In this document: positions 9,068-17,323 of the stretch, one piece after another | Layout of the letters: the number at the start of each line of letters is the position of its first letter | Numbering within the stretch: position 1 is the first letter of the stretch | Virus record (IMG/VR): IMGVR_UViG_3300043411_001711 | Location: 1-55,958 of that record | Direction: 5' to 3' (one strand) | Origin: a virus | Lineage: Duplodnaviria > Caudoviricetes | DNA length: 55,958 bases | Program-made: the position numbers and the translations under genes | Notes under the pieces: generated by a model | Databases searched by the model: none | What the model was told of the DNA's origin: nothing | What the model saw: the letters and a program-made list of their open reading frames with translations, nothing else

Positions 9068-9898
9068 GTGGCTGATTTCTATAAGGGAAACATCCCGATC
9101 ATCGACACCGAAGCTCCCGAGAACGACGTCCTATTTCCAAAGGATGTCTCATTTGGGCTCGTCGAAAGAAATTACGACGAGTTTCCGGAACCCATGTTTG
9201 CTCCCCCGGGCGACATGGTCCTGATTCCTGAGTCCGAGTGGGACGCGAGATACGATGAACAGGAGGAGCAAAAGTCTTCTCTTGAGCACTTGTATCTCAG
9301 TGGGCCAAACGGAACTCCGGCATTTCGCAACCTCGACCAAGGCAGCGAAGGATACTGCTGGATCTACTCAGTCGGTCATTCAGTCATGATGGAACGTCTG
9401 AAACGAGGACTTCCGCTAGTCCGCCTGAACCCCCACTCATCCGGAGCGATCATTAAGAAGGGTCGCAACGAAGGGGGATGGTGCGGAGAGGGCGCTCAGT
9501 TTGTGACTGATGTGGGAATGGCTCCAGAAGGAACAGGCCCGAACCAGTGGCCTGCGCAGTCCCGTAGTTTGAAGTACGATACTCCGGCAATGCGATCCGA
9601 AATGGCAAAGCATCGAATCACGGAGAGTTGGATGGATTTGACTCGCCGTGTGTGGGATCGCAACATGACAACCGCCCAAGTCGCAACGTGCGGCTTTAAC
9701 AACATCCCTGGGCCGAGAGATTACAACTGGTGGACCCATTCAGTCTGCGGCATCCGTTGGGTTCGTATTTCACGGGGTAACTGGGGACAGTTGATACTGA
9801 ACTCTTGGCTTCGCTTTGGTCGCCATGGGCTGGCTGTACTGGAAGGTCGCAAGGCGATTTGCAACGGTGGCCTTGGTGTTCGGCTGACTTCGTCGTAG
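9068..9898 (+). CDS. Papain-like (C1-type) cysteine peptidase
   Basis: DQGSEGYCW (Gln, catalytic Cys), HSV (His), LNSW (Asn). Confidence 0.75.
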   Translation: MADFYKGNIPIIDTEAPENDVLFPKDVSFGLVERNYDEFPEPMFAPPGDMVLIPESEWDARYDEQEEQKSSLEHLYLSGPNGTPAFRNLDQGSEGYCWIYSVGHSVMMERLKRGLPLVRLNPHSSGAIIKKGRNEGGWCGEGAQFVTDVGMAPEGTGPNQWPAQSRSLKYDTPAMRSEMAKHRITESWMDLTRRVWDRNMTTAQVATCGFNNIPGPRDYNWWTHSVCGIRWVRISRGNWGQLILNSWLRFGRHGLAVLEGRKAICNGGLGVRLTSS

Positions 9899-9907
9899 GA
9901 GACACAA

Positions 9908-10513
9908 ATGATTCATGGACTTCTGTTACTCTGTTTGATTGACCAGTTCACGGTGAGCGTCCAGCAGCCGCCGGCGTTTACCGTGGATGTCCATGAATCG
10001 CTTCTCGACGCTGCCCACGTCGAACCAGTCGCTGAATCAGACTACTACGTGGTCATGTTCACGGCGTCGTACTGCGGACCCTGCCAGAGCTACAAGAATT
10101 CAGGGAAGCCCGCTGAGCTGAAAGCGGCGGGCTACCCGATCACTTACATCGACACACAGAGGAATTCGTCGTTCTACTCGGGGTCCATTCCAAAATTCTG
10201 GTTGTGCAAGGATAAGCAGAAGGTTCACGAGTGGCCGGCAGGCGCCGTCGACCCGTCGATGATCCTCGCAAAAATCCGAGAACTCAAGGGTAAGGCTTCG
10301 TCGAACAGAACGTCAGATTTCTTTGGGCGGAAGGGCACCTCACACGAGACGCGGGAAACGCTGATCGATCACATGCTGGAGGACGGGATTCACAAAGGCC
10401 TGCACACGAGAGCATCGCTGGAATCTCTGTCTGACTCCGAACTCGTAGAATTGCACGACGAGGAACATGAAAAAGCGGGACATCGCGTTAAGAATGGACT
10501 TTGGAAACCCTGA
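9908..10513 (+). CDS. Secreted thioredoxin-like protein
   Basis: Signal-like N-terminus, FTASYCGPC active site, SIP cis-Pro loop. Confidence 0.8.
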   Translation: MIHGLLLLCLIDQFTVSVQQPPAFTVDVHESLLDAAHVEPVAESDYYVVMFTASYCGPCQSYKNSGKPAELKAAGYPITYIDTQRNSSFYSGSIPKFWLCKDKQKVHEWPAGAVDPSMILAKIRELKGKASSNRTSDFFGRKGTSHETRETLIDHMLEDGIHKGLHTRASLESLSDSELVELHDEEHEKAGHRVKNGLWKP

Positions 10514-10581
10514 GTTGATGTTTCCTTAATGGGGCGTTAATTTCGACCCTGAAAAGGAGCGTCACAACAAGGGGGATCAAC

Positions 10582-10866
10582 GTGCCAGACGACAAGCCAG
10601 ACAACGTCGACCGGATGGAATTCAAGTTCCCGTTCGGCGGCGGTTTTTCCGTTTCGGGACGAAACGCGTCGAAACTGTTCTGGGCGGTCGGCGTCACGGC
10701 AATTATCATCGCCCTTGGGTGGTCAGTAGCGAATATCGTGGGAGCTTTTCATGGAGATCAAACTGCTGTTCCTGGCGTTCATGGTGATGCTGTGCGTCTC
10801 GTCGACCCGGTTGATCTACCACGACGGAGTGATCCGCAACATCGGTCGACTGGGCAGGCACTGTAA
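10582..10866 (+). CDS. Small membrane protein
   Basis: One strong TM helix. Confidence 0.55.
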   Translation: MPDDKPDNVDRMEFKFPFGGGFSVSGRNASKLFWAVGVTAIIIALGWSVANIVGAFHGDQTAVPGVHGDAVRLVDPVDLPRRSDPQHRSTGQAL

Positions 10867-11278
10867 GATGCTTTCTGTTTTGATCGTCTCGACGGTCCTG
10901 TACGCTGGGTCTCTTGGCGTTGAGATCCGCCAGGAATGCTTTAACCTCATTGAGCAGCAGGAAGAGCGAATTCGCCAAATCGTTGCGGCGAAGCAGATTA
11001 AAGAAAAGGCCGACTTCGTTTTGGCGACGAGCCGGGGAAGCGTTTTTGAATTTGGAGAGAGTTATGGGATGCGAACAGTTTCTGGAATTGATGGAAGCCG
11101 AAGCACTTGCGATCGAGGAAATCGACGCGGAGATTTTGCAGTTGCAGAACGCGAAGAACGCCCGCATGGCGACAATGTGGGGATACTGGATGCAGTACTC
11201 GATGTGCTTAAATGGGATGCTGGGTCGTCTCGCTTCCGGAGTGATGGAAGCCATCATCGCAATTCCGAAAGTTTCTGA
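10751..11278 (+). CDS. Membrane protein with coiled-coil segment
   Basis: Two hydrophobic segments; GGAG upstream. Confidence 0.5.
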   Translation: MEIKLLFLAFMVMLCVSSTRLIYHDGVIRNIGRLGRHCKMLSVLIVSTVLYAGSLGVEIRQECFNLIEQQEERIRQIVAAKQIKEKADFVLATSRGSVFEFGESYGMRTVSGIDGSRSTCDRGNRRGDFAVAEREERPHGDNVGILDAVLDVLKWDAGSSRFRSDGSHHRNSESF

Positions 11279-11333
11279 TCTCGCTGGTCGGGCGAGAAAA
11301 CGATTGGGTGATAAGTCAAACGTGGGTAAGTAG
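11064..11333 (+). CDS. Hypothetical coiled-coil protein (MGCEQFLE...)
   Basis: GGAG SD before ATG 11064; followed by a GC-rich hairpin at about 11332-11357. Confidence 0.55.
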   Translation: MGCEQFLELMEAEALAIEEIDAEILQLQNAKNARMATMWGYWMQYSMCLNGMLGRLASGVMEAIIAIPKVSDLAGRARKRLGDKSNVGK

Positions 11334-11422
11334 CCCGCTGCTCCAGTGGCGGCGGGCATCAGAAGTGAAAAAACACGGCACATATGCGGAGAAAATGACT
11401 CCGCTGCTCTTTGGAGTGCATC

Positions 11423-11974
11423 ATGCTCGCAAACCTGATCAATGAACATGCTCTGGCCGATGCACAGGCGGGGAATTGGACTGCGGTGGCAGCGACTCTG
11501 CAGGCAATCGAGATCACGGCACCGGCGCGATTGTGCTACGCGGCGGAGTCAGGAGAGGCGTCGGTTGCTGCAGGAGGGAATCACACTGAGCTGTTGGGGG
11601 TTCTGCTCCAAGATCCAAACGGCATAATGCTGTTTCAGAAACTGTCGTCCAGCGCCGGTGTGATGTGGGCACATGCGGTGACAGTCCCATATCTCCAGTG
11701 GCTTGTTTCGCAGGAGAGAATGACCGAGGCGGTGAAGGATGCCTTAATTGACTTGTCGGCACCAGTCACGCATCCGCATTCCGGCGTGACTGAAGACGAC
11801 TGCCAAAAGGCGTGGACGATCTCCGAGACTCGCCGCACGGTCAATCTGTTATCGGCGAAAGCCACAGCCGTGAACGCATGGTGTGACGCTCTGGATCTGA
11901 CCACGAAATCACCGGAGGAAGTGCAGGCGTACTGTGATTCACTGCTGGCCTCAATCGACGGGAATCCGGTATGA
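11423..11974 (+). CDS. Hypothetical protein
   Basis: Long ORF, GGAG SD, ATGA-coupled to the next gene. Confidence 0.65.
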   Translation: MLANLINEHALADAQAGNWTAVAATLQAIEITAPARLCYAAESGEASVAAGGNHTELLGVLLQDPNGIMLFQKLSSSAGVMWAHAVTVPYLQWLVSQERMTEAVKDALIDLSAPVTHPHSGVTEDDCQKAWTISETRRTVNLLSAKATAVNAWCDALDLTTKSPEEVQAYCDSLLASIDGNPV

Positions 11975-12696
11975 GTCTGCTGACTAATCTCGTGTGGTGG
12001 TGGGATCTGTCGTCGGCAACAACCACCATCGCAGATCAACAGTCAGGATTGACGCTGACAAGTGACGGAGTTAATGCACCGACGATCAACGCCACTGGTG
12101 CCCCGGATGGTGGGGCATGTCTGAATTTTAGCTTCTCACGTTATCGGGCGACAGTGCCGCGAACGATCAACTACAACGATGGATTTTCCGCAAACATCTG
12201 GGTGCGATCAACAGGCACCAGCAGTGTTTTTAATGGTGCAATGATGCACAGAAATCAGGCCACACAGTGGTACTGGCAGATTACTGCAAGGGGCAATGGA
12301 TTAGATTCCGTTTTCGGCGGAGATGCTGCGAGTGTGTACCGTAATCCTACAAATACAGCGGGTGCATTAAACACATGGCAGATGCTAACGCTAGTAAACG
12401 ATGCTACGTCAATGCGACTTTATCGGAATGCCGGACTGGTTGCGACCGATTCGACGACACTCGGTGTTAGGCATACAGAGAATGCCGCGTTTGCAATCGG
12501 ATCGCAAAGTTGGCTTGGCCAAATTGACACTTGGCACATCGGGCAACTCGCAATGGCAGGAGTGTGGAGTAAAGGGCTTACAGAGTCGGAACTGTCGCAA
12601 CTCTACAATAATGGTATCGGTCGCAGGTACTCAGCTTTAGCGGATGTTCCGCAGACTCGCCGTCGCCGTCAATCAGTGTCTGGAGGTGTCCTGTGA
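11971..12696 (+). CDS. LamG/concanavalin A-like lectin-fold protein (putative adhesin)
   Basis: FSANIWVR, NTWQMLTLV, RLYRNAGLV, W.KGLTESELSQLYNNG pattern. Confidence 0.75.
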   Translation: MSLLTNLVWWWDLSSATTTIADQQSGLTLTSDGVNAPTINATGAPDGGACLNFSFSRYRATVPRTINYNDGFSANIWVRSTGTSSVFNGAMMHRNQATQWYWQITARGNGLDSVFGGDAASVYRNPTNTAGALNTWQMLTLVNDATSMRLYRNAGLVATDSTTLGVRHTENAAFAIGSQSWLGQIDTWHIGQLAMAGVWSKGLTESELSQLYNNGIGRRYSALADVPQTRRRRQSVSGGVL

Positions 12697-13640
12697 GTCA
12701 CGCTTTGCGAGTGGGTGTAGCCGATCAGATCGGATATTTTCGAGCCTACAATACGGACGGATCGGCTAAGACGGACCTCACATCGTCGACGACTGGACTG
12801 ACTCTGTCAGTGTTTCGCGTTGGGGCTGCAGCCGTCTCAATTAGCAGTCTGTCGGCCAAAGCGGCGGATAACACGGCACATGCGGACGGTGCCATCAGGG
12901 CTGTGAGTGGCAATCTCTACACTGTGGATTTGCCTGATGCTGTTTGTGCTGATCAGGTGCCATCTATCTCGGTTAAAGGCTCTTATACTGGGGGCGTAAT
13001 CGAGGGGCCGGAGCATCCGCTGGTCGGGTACAATCCTGCCAGTGTTGCGGTCGGTGCACTGACGCCGCTGGTTGCTGGTCGACAGATCGCAGTTGCAGCG
13101 ACAACAGGAGCAGTGGAACTGGACTCCGATAGTCGCGATGCTGTTGCTGACGCTGTCTGGGACGAGGCAATGGCTGATCACACGGGCTCCGGTTCGTACG
13201 GAGGCCGAGTCGTCCGCGCGTCCAACAGTAATACAACGGTGCAGATCACAGGCTCGCATCACGTCGCAGCCGACGTTCACAAGCTTCAAGCGGGAGTCAT
13301 CACCGCTGGTGACTTTGCAAACAACTCGATCACTGCAGCAGCTTTGGCTACAGACGCAGTCGCAGAGATCCAGAACGGCCTAAGCACTCTGACTGCCCCT
13401 CAAGTCAACGCAGAAGTCGTCGATGCGCTGTCCGTCGACACGTACGCTGAGCTCACAGCCCCGCCGGCGGCGACGTCCTCCCTGAAGGACAAGATTACTT
13501 GGCTGTTCATGTATGCTCGGAATAAGGTCACTCAAACGGCTTCTCAGCGGAAACTCTATCGCGACGATGGATCGACAGTCGCTGGGACTTCCGCAACCAG
13601 CGATACGGCTGGCACCTTCACGAAGGGCGAAGACGCATGA
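12693..13640 (+). CDS. Putative virion fibre/appendage protein
   Basis: Ala/Thr/Ser-rich with ADAVWDE and ITAAALATDAV repeats. Confidence 0.55.
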   Translation: MSHALRVGVADQIGYFRAYNTDGSAKTDLTSSTTGLTLSVFRVGAAAVSISSLSAKAADNTAHADGAIRAVSGNLYTVDLPDAVCADQVPSISVKGSYTGGVIEGPEHPLVGYNPASVAVGALTPLVAGRQIAVAATTGAVELDSDSRDAVADAVWDEAMADHTGSGSYGGRVVRASNSNTTVQITGSHHVAADVHKLQAGVITAGDFANNSITAAALATDAVAEIQNGLSTLTAPQVNAEVVDALSVDTYAELTAPPAATSSLKDKITWLFMYARNKVTQTASQRKLYRDDGSTVAGTSATSDTAGTFTKGEDA

Positions 13641-13897
13641 CCATCACGGCAGCAAAACGCAGTGCTGCCGCGGGGTTTGCGCTGCCAGGGTTTGTTACGA
13701 TCCCGTTCCCGGACAACACGGACGACGAACTATCTCGGTGGCATGGCGGGTTCTGCTATCTGCTCGATACCCTGCCATCGCCGACCACTGGGTGGGACGT
13801 GGCTCGACGAGAGCGAGTGTTTAAGACACAATCTGTCGACCGAGTGTTTGCAGCGGCCCGTAGTCCTCGTGTGTGGCGTTTCCCGGAGCGAATCTGA
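13637..13897 (+). CDS. Hypothetical protein
   Basis: Translationally coupled on both sides. Confidence 0.55.
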   Translation: MTITAAKRSAAAGFALPGFVTIPFPDNTDDELSRWHGGFCYLLDTLPSPTTGWDVARRERVFKTQSVDRVFAAARSPRVWRFPERI

Positions 13898-14277
13898 TGT
13901 CTGAGTATCCTGACTGCTACGAGTCGTCCAATGTGCTGTGTAAGCACACACGAGCGACGATCACAGTGTACCTGAATCTCGACAATCGTCTGGATGCCGG
14001 AGTCACGGTATCCTCGCCGACCGCGGATAGTCCCGACGACACCATCACGATTGAAGATGTCGCTGTGGTCACCGAAGACACCGTAATTGAATCCGACTCG
14101 GAATGCGGCGGACTCACGCTGAAAGCGAATCGCGCTGTGCAGATGACGATTTCTGGTGGCACCCCGGACGACGACGAGGTCATCGTGACCGTCGGGTACA
14201 CGCTCAGCAGTGGGGACGAAGACTTTCTGGACTGCCGGCTTCTGGTGGGTGGTCGGGTGGCTGTGGAGTCGGCTTAG
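13897..14277 (+). CDS. Putative fibre-adaptor-like beta-rich acidic protein
   Basis: Last gene of the late operon; ends in ESA. Confidence 0.5.
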   Translation: MSEYPDCYESSNVLCKHTRATITVYLNLDNRLDAGVTVSSPTADSPDDTITIEDVAVVTEDTVIESDSECGGLTLKANRAVQMTISGGTPDDDEVIVTVGYTLSSGDEDFLDCRLLVGGRVAVESA

Positions 14278-14594
14278 CGCAAGAATACGCGCAATCGCTG
14301 CTCGTATTCCCAAGTTGTTTCCGCTGGTTTTCCGTTCGCGCAACAAAAAAGCGAGTCGCACCGACGCTGGCACGACTCGCTCTTCCACTAACCACCCAAC
14401 AAGGATGGACTCTTGTTTTCAAACCTTACTCAGCCAGTCGATAGCACAGCGTCGAGTAAGAACCGCTGCTTACAGGGATGCACGAAACCTTACAGAGTCG
14501 AACTGGAACTCTCGTGGACTGACTGATGACTTAGGGACAGGAGTAACACGCCATGTAAACATCAGTTATCGCTGCCACGACAGCGTTGGAATAA

Positions 14595-15431
14595 TTACTC
14601 CGTCGCATCCGCAGTCACGACGTTCAGCTTGCCCTTCGCATGCGCCGTCTCAATTGGCAACTTGTACCGAGCCTTGATCAGGTCGCCGGTTTCCTTGTCG
14701 ATGATGCCAGTGCGAGCCAGTGTCACCACCGAGTAGTCCTTCTTTGACGCAGACTTTTCCACCTTGAGCCCCAGAGAAACCATCGCTCGAGTGTGAGGTA
14801 CGTCAGTCATCTGGTTGAAGAACTGACGCACCGGTCGAATGCTGGTTGGCCCAAGCTGAATCCTGATGGGCATCCCTTCATTCTTGCGCAGGACGTACAG
14901 CAACTGGTACTCCTTCGCTCGCTTTCCGGTACTTCCAGGCTTCGTCGAACTCCCGAACTCGCAGTACGGCAGTTTCTTGTCGGCATCCCACCAGAACAAA
15001 CGCGGCAGAGCCTCAGCGTCCATCTGAGAAAATCGGGGATCCGAACGCACTTCCGTCTCGGTCAACTCATGAGCCGCCAGGACTTCCTGCATGTCCTCGG
15101 GAACTTCTTCCCATGGAATATTCAGCCGAGCAATCTTCAGGTCGTCCGACACCAGCACAGGCTTGTCGTCTGTCTGATCGTCCGACTTCCAGAGGATGCC
15201 TTTGCGGCACTTGAACACGACGACCCCTTCGATGACAGGAGTCGCTTCTGGACCGTTGGATCCGTTGATCGTCCAGTGAAGTCCGCCGCCGGAGGGAGTC
15301 TTGACTCGGACCAAGTCGGCTTCTGAGAAGCCATCGCCCTCGAAGTTTTCCTTCATGGCCTCAGCCACATCGGAACCTTCGGCAAAAGAGAGGAAATCGT
15401 TACGCTGGTACACTGTCATCGCTGATGACAT
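14595..15431 (-). CDS. Putative ssDNA-binding/annealing protein
   Basis: LVRVKTPSGGG motif, acidic tail, replication context; AAAGGT SD. Confidence 0.5.
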   Translation of the reverse strand: MSSAMTVYQRNDFLSFAEGSDVAEAMKENFEGDGFSEADLVRVKTPSGGGLHWTINGSNGPEATPVIEGVVVFKCRKGILWKSDDQTDDKPVLVSDDLKIARLNIPWEEVPEDMQEVLAAHELTETEVRSDPRFSQMDAEALPRLFWWDADKKLPYCEFGSSTKPGSTGKRAKEYQLLYVLRKNEGMPIRIQLGPTSIRPVRQFFNQMTDVPHTRAMVSLGLKVEKSASKKDYSVVTLARTGIIDKETGDLIKARYKLPIETAHAKGKLNVVTADATE

Positions 15432-15482
15432 AGAAACACCTTTCAACACAAGGAAAAAGGGAATAACACGCACACATTGAAT

Positions 15483-15551
15483 TGGGTGCTGCAGGATTCG
15501 AACCTGCATTCCAGGCTTTTGACCCGAGCTTGCCAGTTGCGTTCAGCAACC
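15483..15551 (-). ncRNA. tRNA-like element 1 (degenerate D arm, non-canonical anticodon loop)
   Basis: GGTTGCT/AGCACCC acceptor (one mismatch); GCAGG-TTCGAAT-CCTGC T arm. Confidence 0.6.
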
Positions 15552-15557
15552 AAATAC

Positions 15558-15627
15558 GAAAGGTGTCCTGCCACTAGACGAAAGCGATCGTAGATCGCCG
15601 CCGGGAATCGAACCCAGGTCTCCTCTC
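15558..15627 (-). ncRNA. Circularly permuted tRNA-like element (T arm - closed acceptor - D arm)
   Basis: GAGAGG AGAC CTGGG-TTCGATT-CCCGG CGGCGATC-TAC-GATCGCTT TC GTC-TAGTGGCAG-GAC A CCTTTC. Confidence 0.7.
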
Positions 15628-15640
15628 TGGACCAAAACAA

Positions 15641-15731
15641 ACACGACGACAGGAATCTCACCTGCATTCCTTCACGGTTCCGAATCTTTCGTTACCCGAT
15701 CCGTTGTCTTTCTGTTTAGACGACGTCGTGT
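15641..15731 (-). ncRNA. tRNA-like element 3 with anticodon arm replaced by a long GAAA-capped hairpin
   Basis: Perfect 8-bp ACACGACG/CGTCGTGT stem, GTC..GAC D arm, GCAGG-TGAGATT-CCTGT T-like arm. Confidence 0.65.
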
Positions 15732-15740
15732 TCGTAAGTT

Positions 15741-15962
15741 TTAAGCAGACCGCCAGACCCTTGTCTTCCCGGTCTTCTTGTCATGTTTGATCTTGAATTC
15801 CCAGCCGGGATTTCGCTTCTTCGTCCGCACACAGGTCGTGTGCGCCGCCTGGTACGTCACATCCATGGTCACGCAGTCGCCGACTTCGAGCTTGTCGAAG
15901 TCGTACTTGCGCGGACGTCCCATCTTGGTCGTCGGGATCGGAATTCCTTTTTCAATCTTCAT
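15741..15962 (-). CDS. Small basic putative DNA-binding protein
   Basis: KIEKGIPIP..GRPRKYDF..LEVGD..RVWR pattern common in phages. Confidence 0.6.
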   Translation of the reverse strand: MKIEKGIPIPTTKMGRPRKYDFDKLEVGDCVTMDVTYQAAHTTCVRTKKRNPGWEFKIKHDKKTGKTRVWRSA

Positions 15963-15970
15963 CTCAGCTC

Positions 15971-16378
15971 TCACGATCTGTGACCGATGCGGTCCTTCTC
16001 GATGACTTTCAGTTTTGCAAGGATTTCCGCTGGGATCTCCTTATCCAGCGATTCCATTTCTTTCAGCCGAGCCCGCAACGAATTCGAGTTGAAGTTGACC
16101 TCCACCAAATCCATTGTGTCCGGATGATTCGCCAGAGCCTCGCAAAGATCCTTCTTCGCGAAGCCTTCCGCGACTCCATAGAACTTATCAGTGCGACGGT
16201 ATAGCGTCATGCCGGATTCCAGTGGCAATCCCTGCAATCCTTCGTCCGCCATCGCCTCAATGAGTTCCTGTTCGAGACTGTCGATCTGCTTCTTCAGATC
16301 CTCCGACGTCTTGTCGGCCTGTTTTCGTTCCCTGATCAGCGTCTCGAACTTTCGTCCTAACTCTCCAATACTCGCCAT
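15971..16378 (-). CDS. Coiled-coil phage protein of the replication/recombination module
   Basis: Coiled-coil N-terminus; lies upstream of the SSB-like gene. Confidence 0.6.
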   Translation of the reverse strand: MASIGELGRKFETLIRERKQADKTSEDLKKQIDSLEQELIEAMADEGLQGLPLESGMTLYRRTDKFYGVAEGFAKKDLCEALANHPDTMDLVEVNFNSNSLRARLKEMESLDKEIPAEILAKLKVIEKDRIGHRS

Positions 16379-16447
16379 TGTCGTCCTTCTTCCATTACTG
16401 TCAACAAAGTCTTCTGGAATTTTACGCCAAAGACCAGAAGTTACTTT

Positions 16448-16846
16448 TTATCCTGCACCCATTTCGTCGAACACTTTGATTCTCGCCTGCTTGTCGAACA
16501 CGGCGTGTTCCTGACAGTAGTCCGTCGCAATTCTCCAATTATCCAGAATCTCGTCGCCACGATGGTCGACGATGAGATTTACTTTGCCGATGCGGACCGA
16601 GGTGATGTACTTGGATCCGCCGCAACTAATTGCGTTTGTTTTGTCTGGAGTAAGATGCAGTGGAAGCCAGAAGTCTTTATGGTCCGACACTACGAAGTCC
16701 CAATCACTATCAGATTTCGCACATCCAATTGCCTGAGACCCTGTGAAGACTACGTCGGTCCATTGATTGCAAATCCATCGATAGACTTCTTCCACAGCAT
16801 CAGGAACCTTCGGGCAGAGCGACCGCAGCTCATCACATGTCAGCAT
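16448..16846 (-). CDS. Minimal nucleotidyltransferase (Pol beta superfamily)
   Basis: VFTGS...SDSDWDF (GS plus DxD) signature. Confidence 0.7.
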   Translation of the reverse strand: MLTCDELRSLCPKVPDAVEEVYRWICNQWTDVVFTGSQAIGCAKSDSDWDFVVSDHKDFWLPLHLTPDKTNAISCGGSKYITSVRIGKVNLIVDHRGDEILDNWRIATDYCQEHAVFDKQARIKVFDEMGAG

Positions 16847-16849
16847 GAT

Positions 16850-17323
16850 CTACTCCCAGAACCTGTAAGTCTTCGGCAGTCCCTGTAACTGCTTCATGTT
16901 CGTCGAGATAACAGTCCGAATGAGTCGTTCGGCTTGCGCGACACCAACACACGCTTTGCGGTATTCGGGATCCAGTCCACGGATGGCCTTCTTGAGGTCA
17001 TCCCACTGGTCGCCTGTCAAATGCACATTTGTCGCCTGCGATCGAATCTTCTTGACGCCGACCCACTGCAGTTCATGCTGACAGATCGAGCCCCAGACAG
17101 CCTTCGGGATTCGCTTCTTCGCAAAGAACTCCTTCGCCAAGGAATCACGGACCTGCTTCTTGGAGAACTGCCGCAGAAACCACGTCAGATCGTTCTTCCG
17201 GATCGCTTCAGCCAGTACGAAGTCGAGAATCACCCGATCGTAAACGACCTTCTCGCGTTTCTTCTTAGGAACAGTCTCTGGTGCCAGTTCTACCACGGTG
17301 TCTCCTCCTCTTTGATTTCGCAC
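16850..17323 (-). CDS. Hypothetical basic protein
   Basis: ORF in operon; start uncertain. Confidence 0.55.
   Translation of the reverse strand: MRNQRGGDTVVELAPETVPKKKREKVVYDRVILDFVLAEAIRKNDLTWFLRQFSKKQVRDSLAKEFFAKKRIPKAVWGSICQHELQWVGVKKIRSQATNVHLTGDQWDDLKKAIRGLDPEYRKACVGVAQAERLIRTVISTNMKQLQGLPKTYRFWE

Noticed and set aside
15483-15551. Calling element 1 a functional tRNA-Phe(AAA)
   Set aside because: No U33, weak D arm and an acceptor mismatch; kept only as tRNA-like
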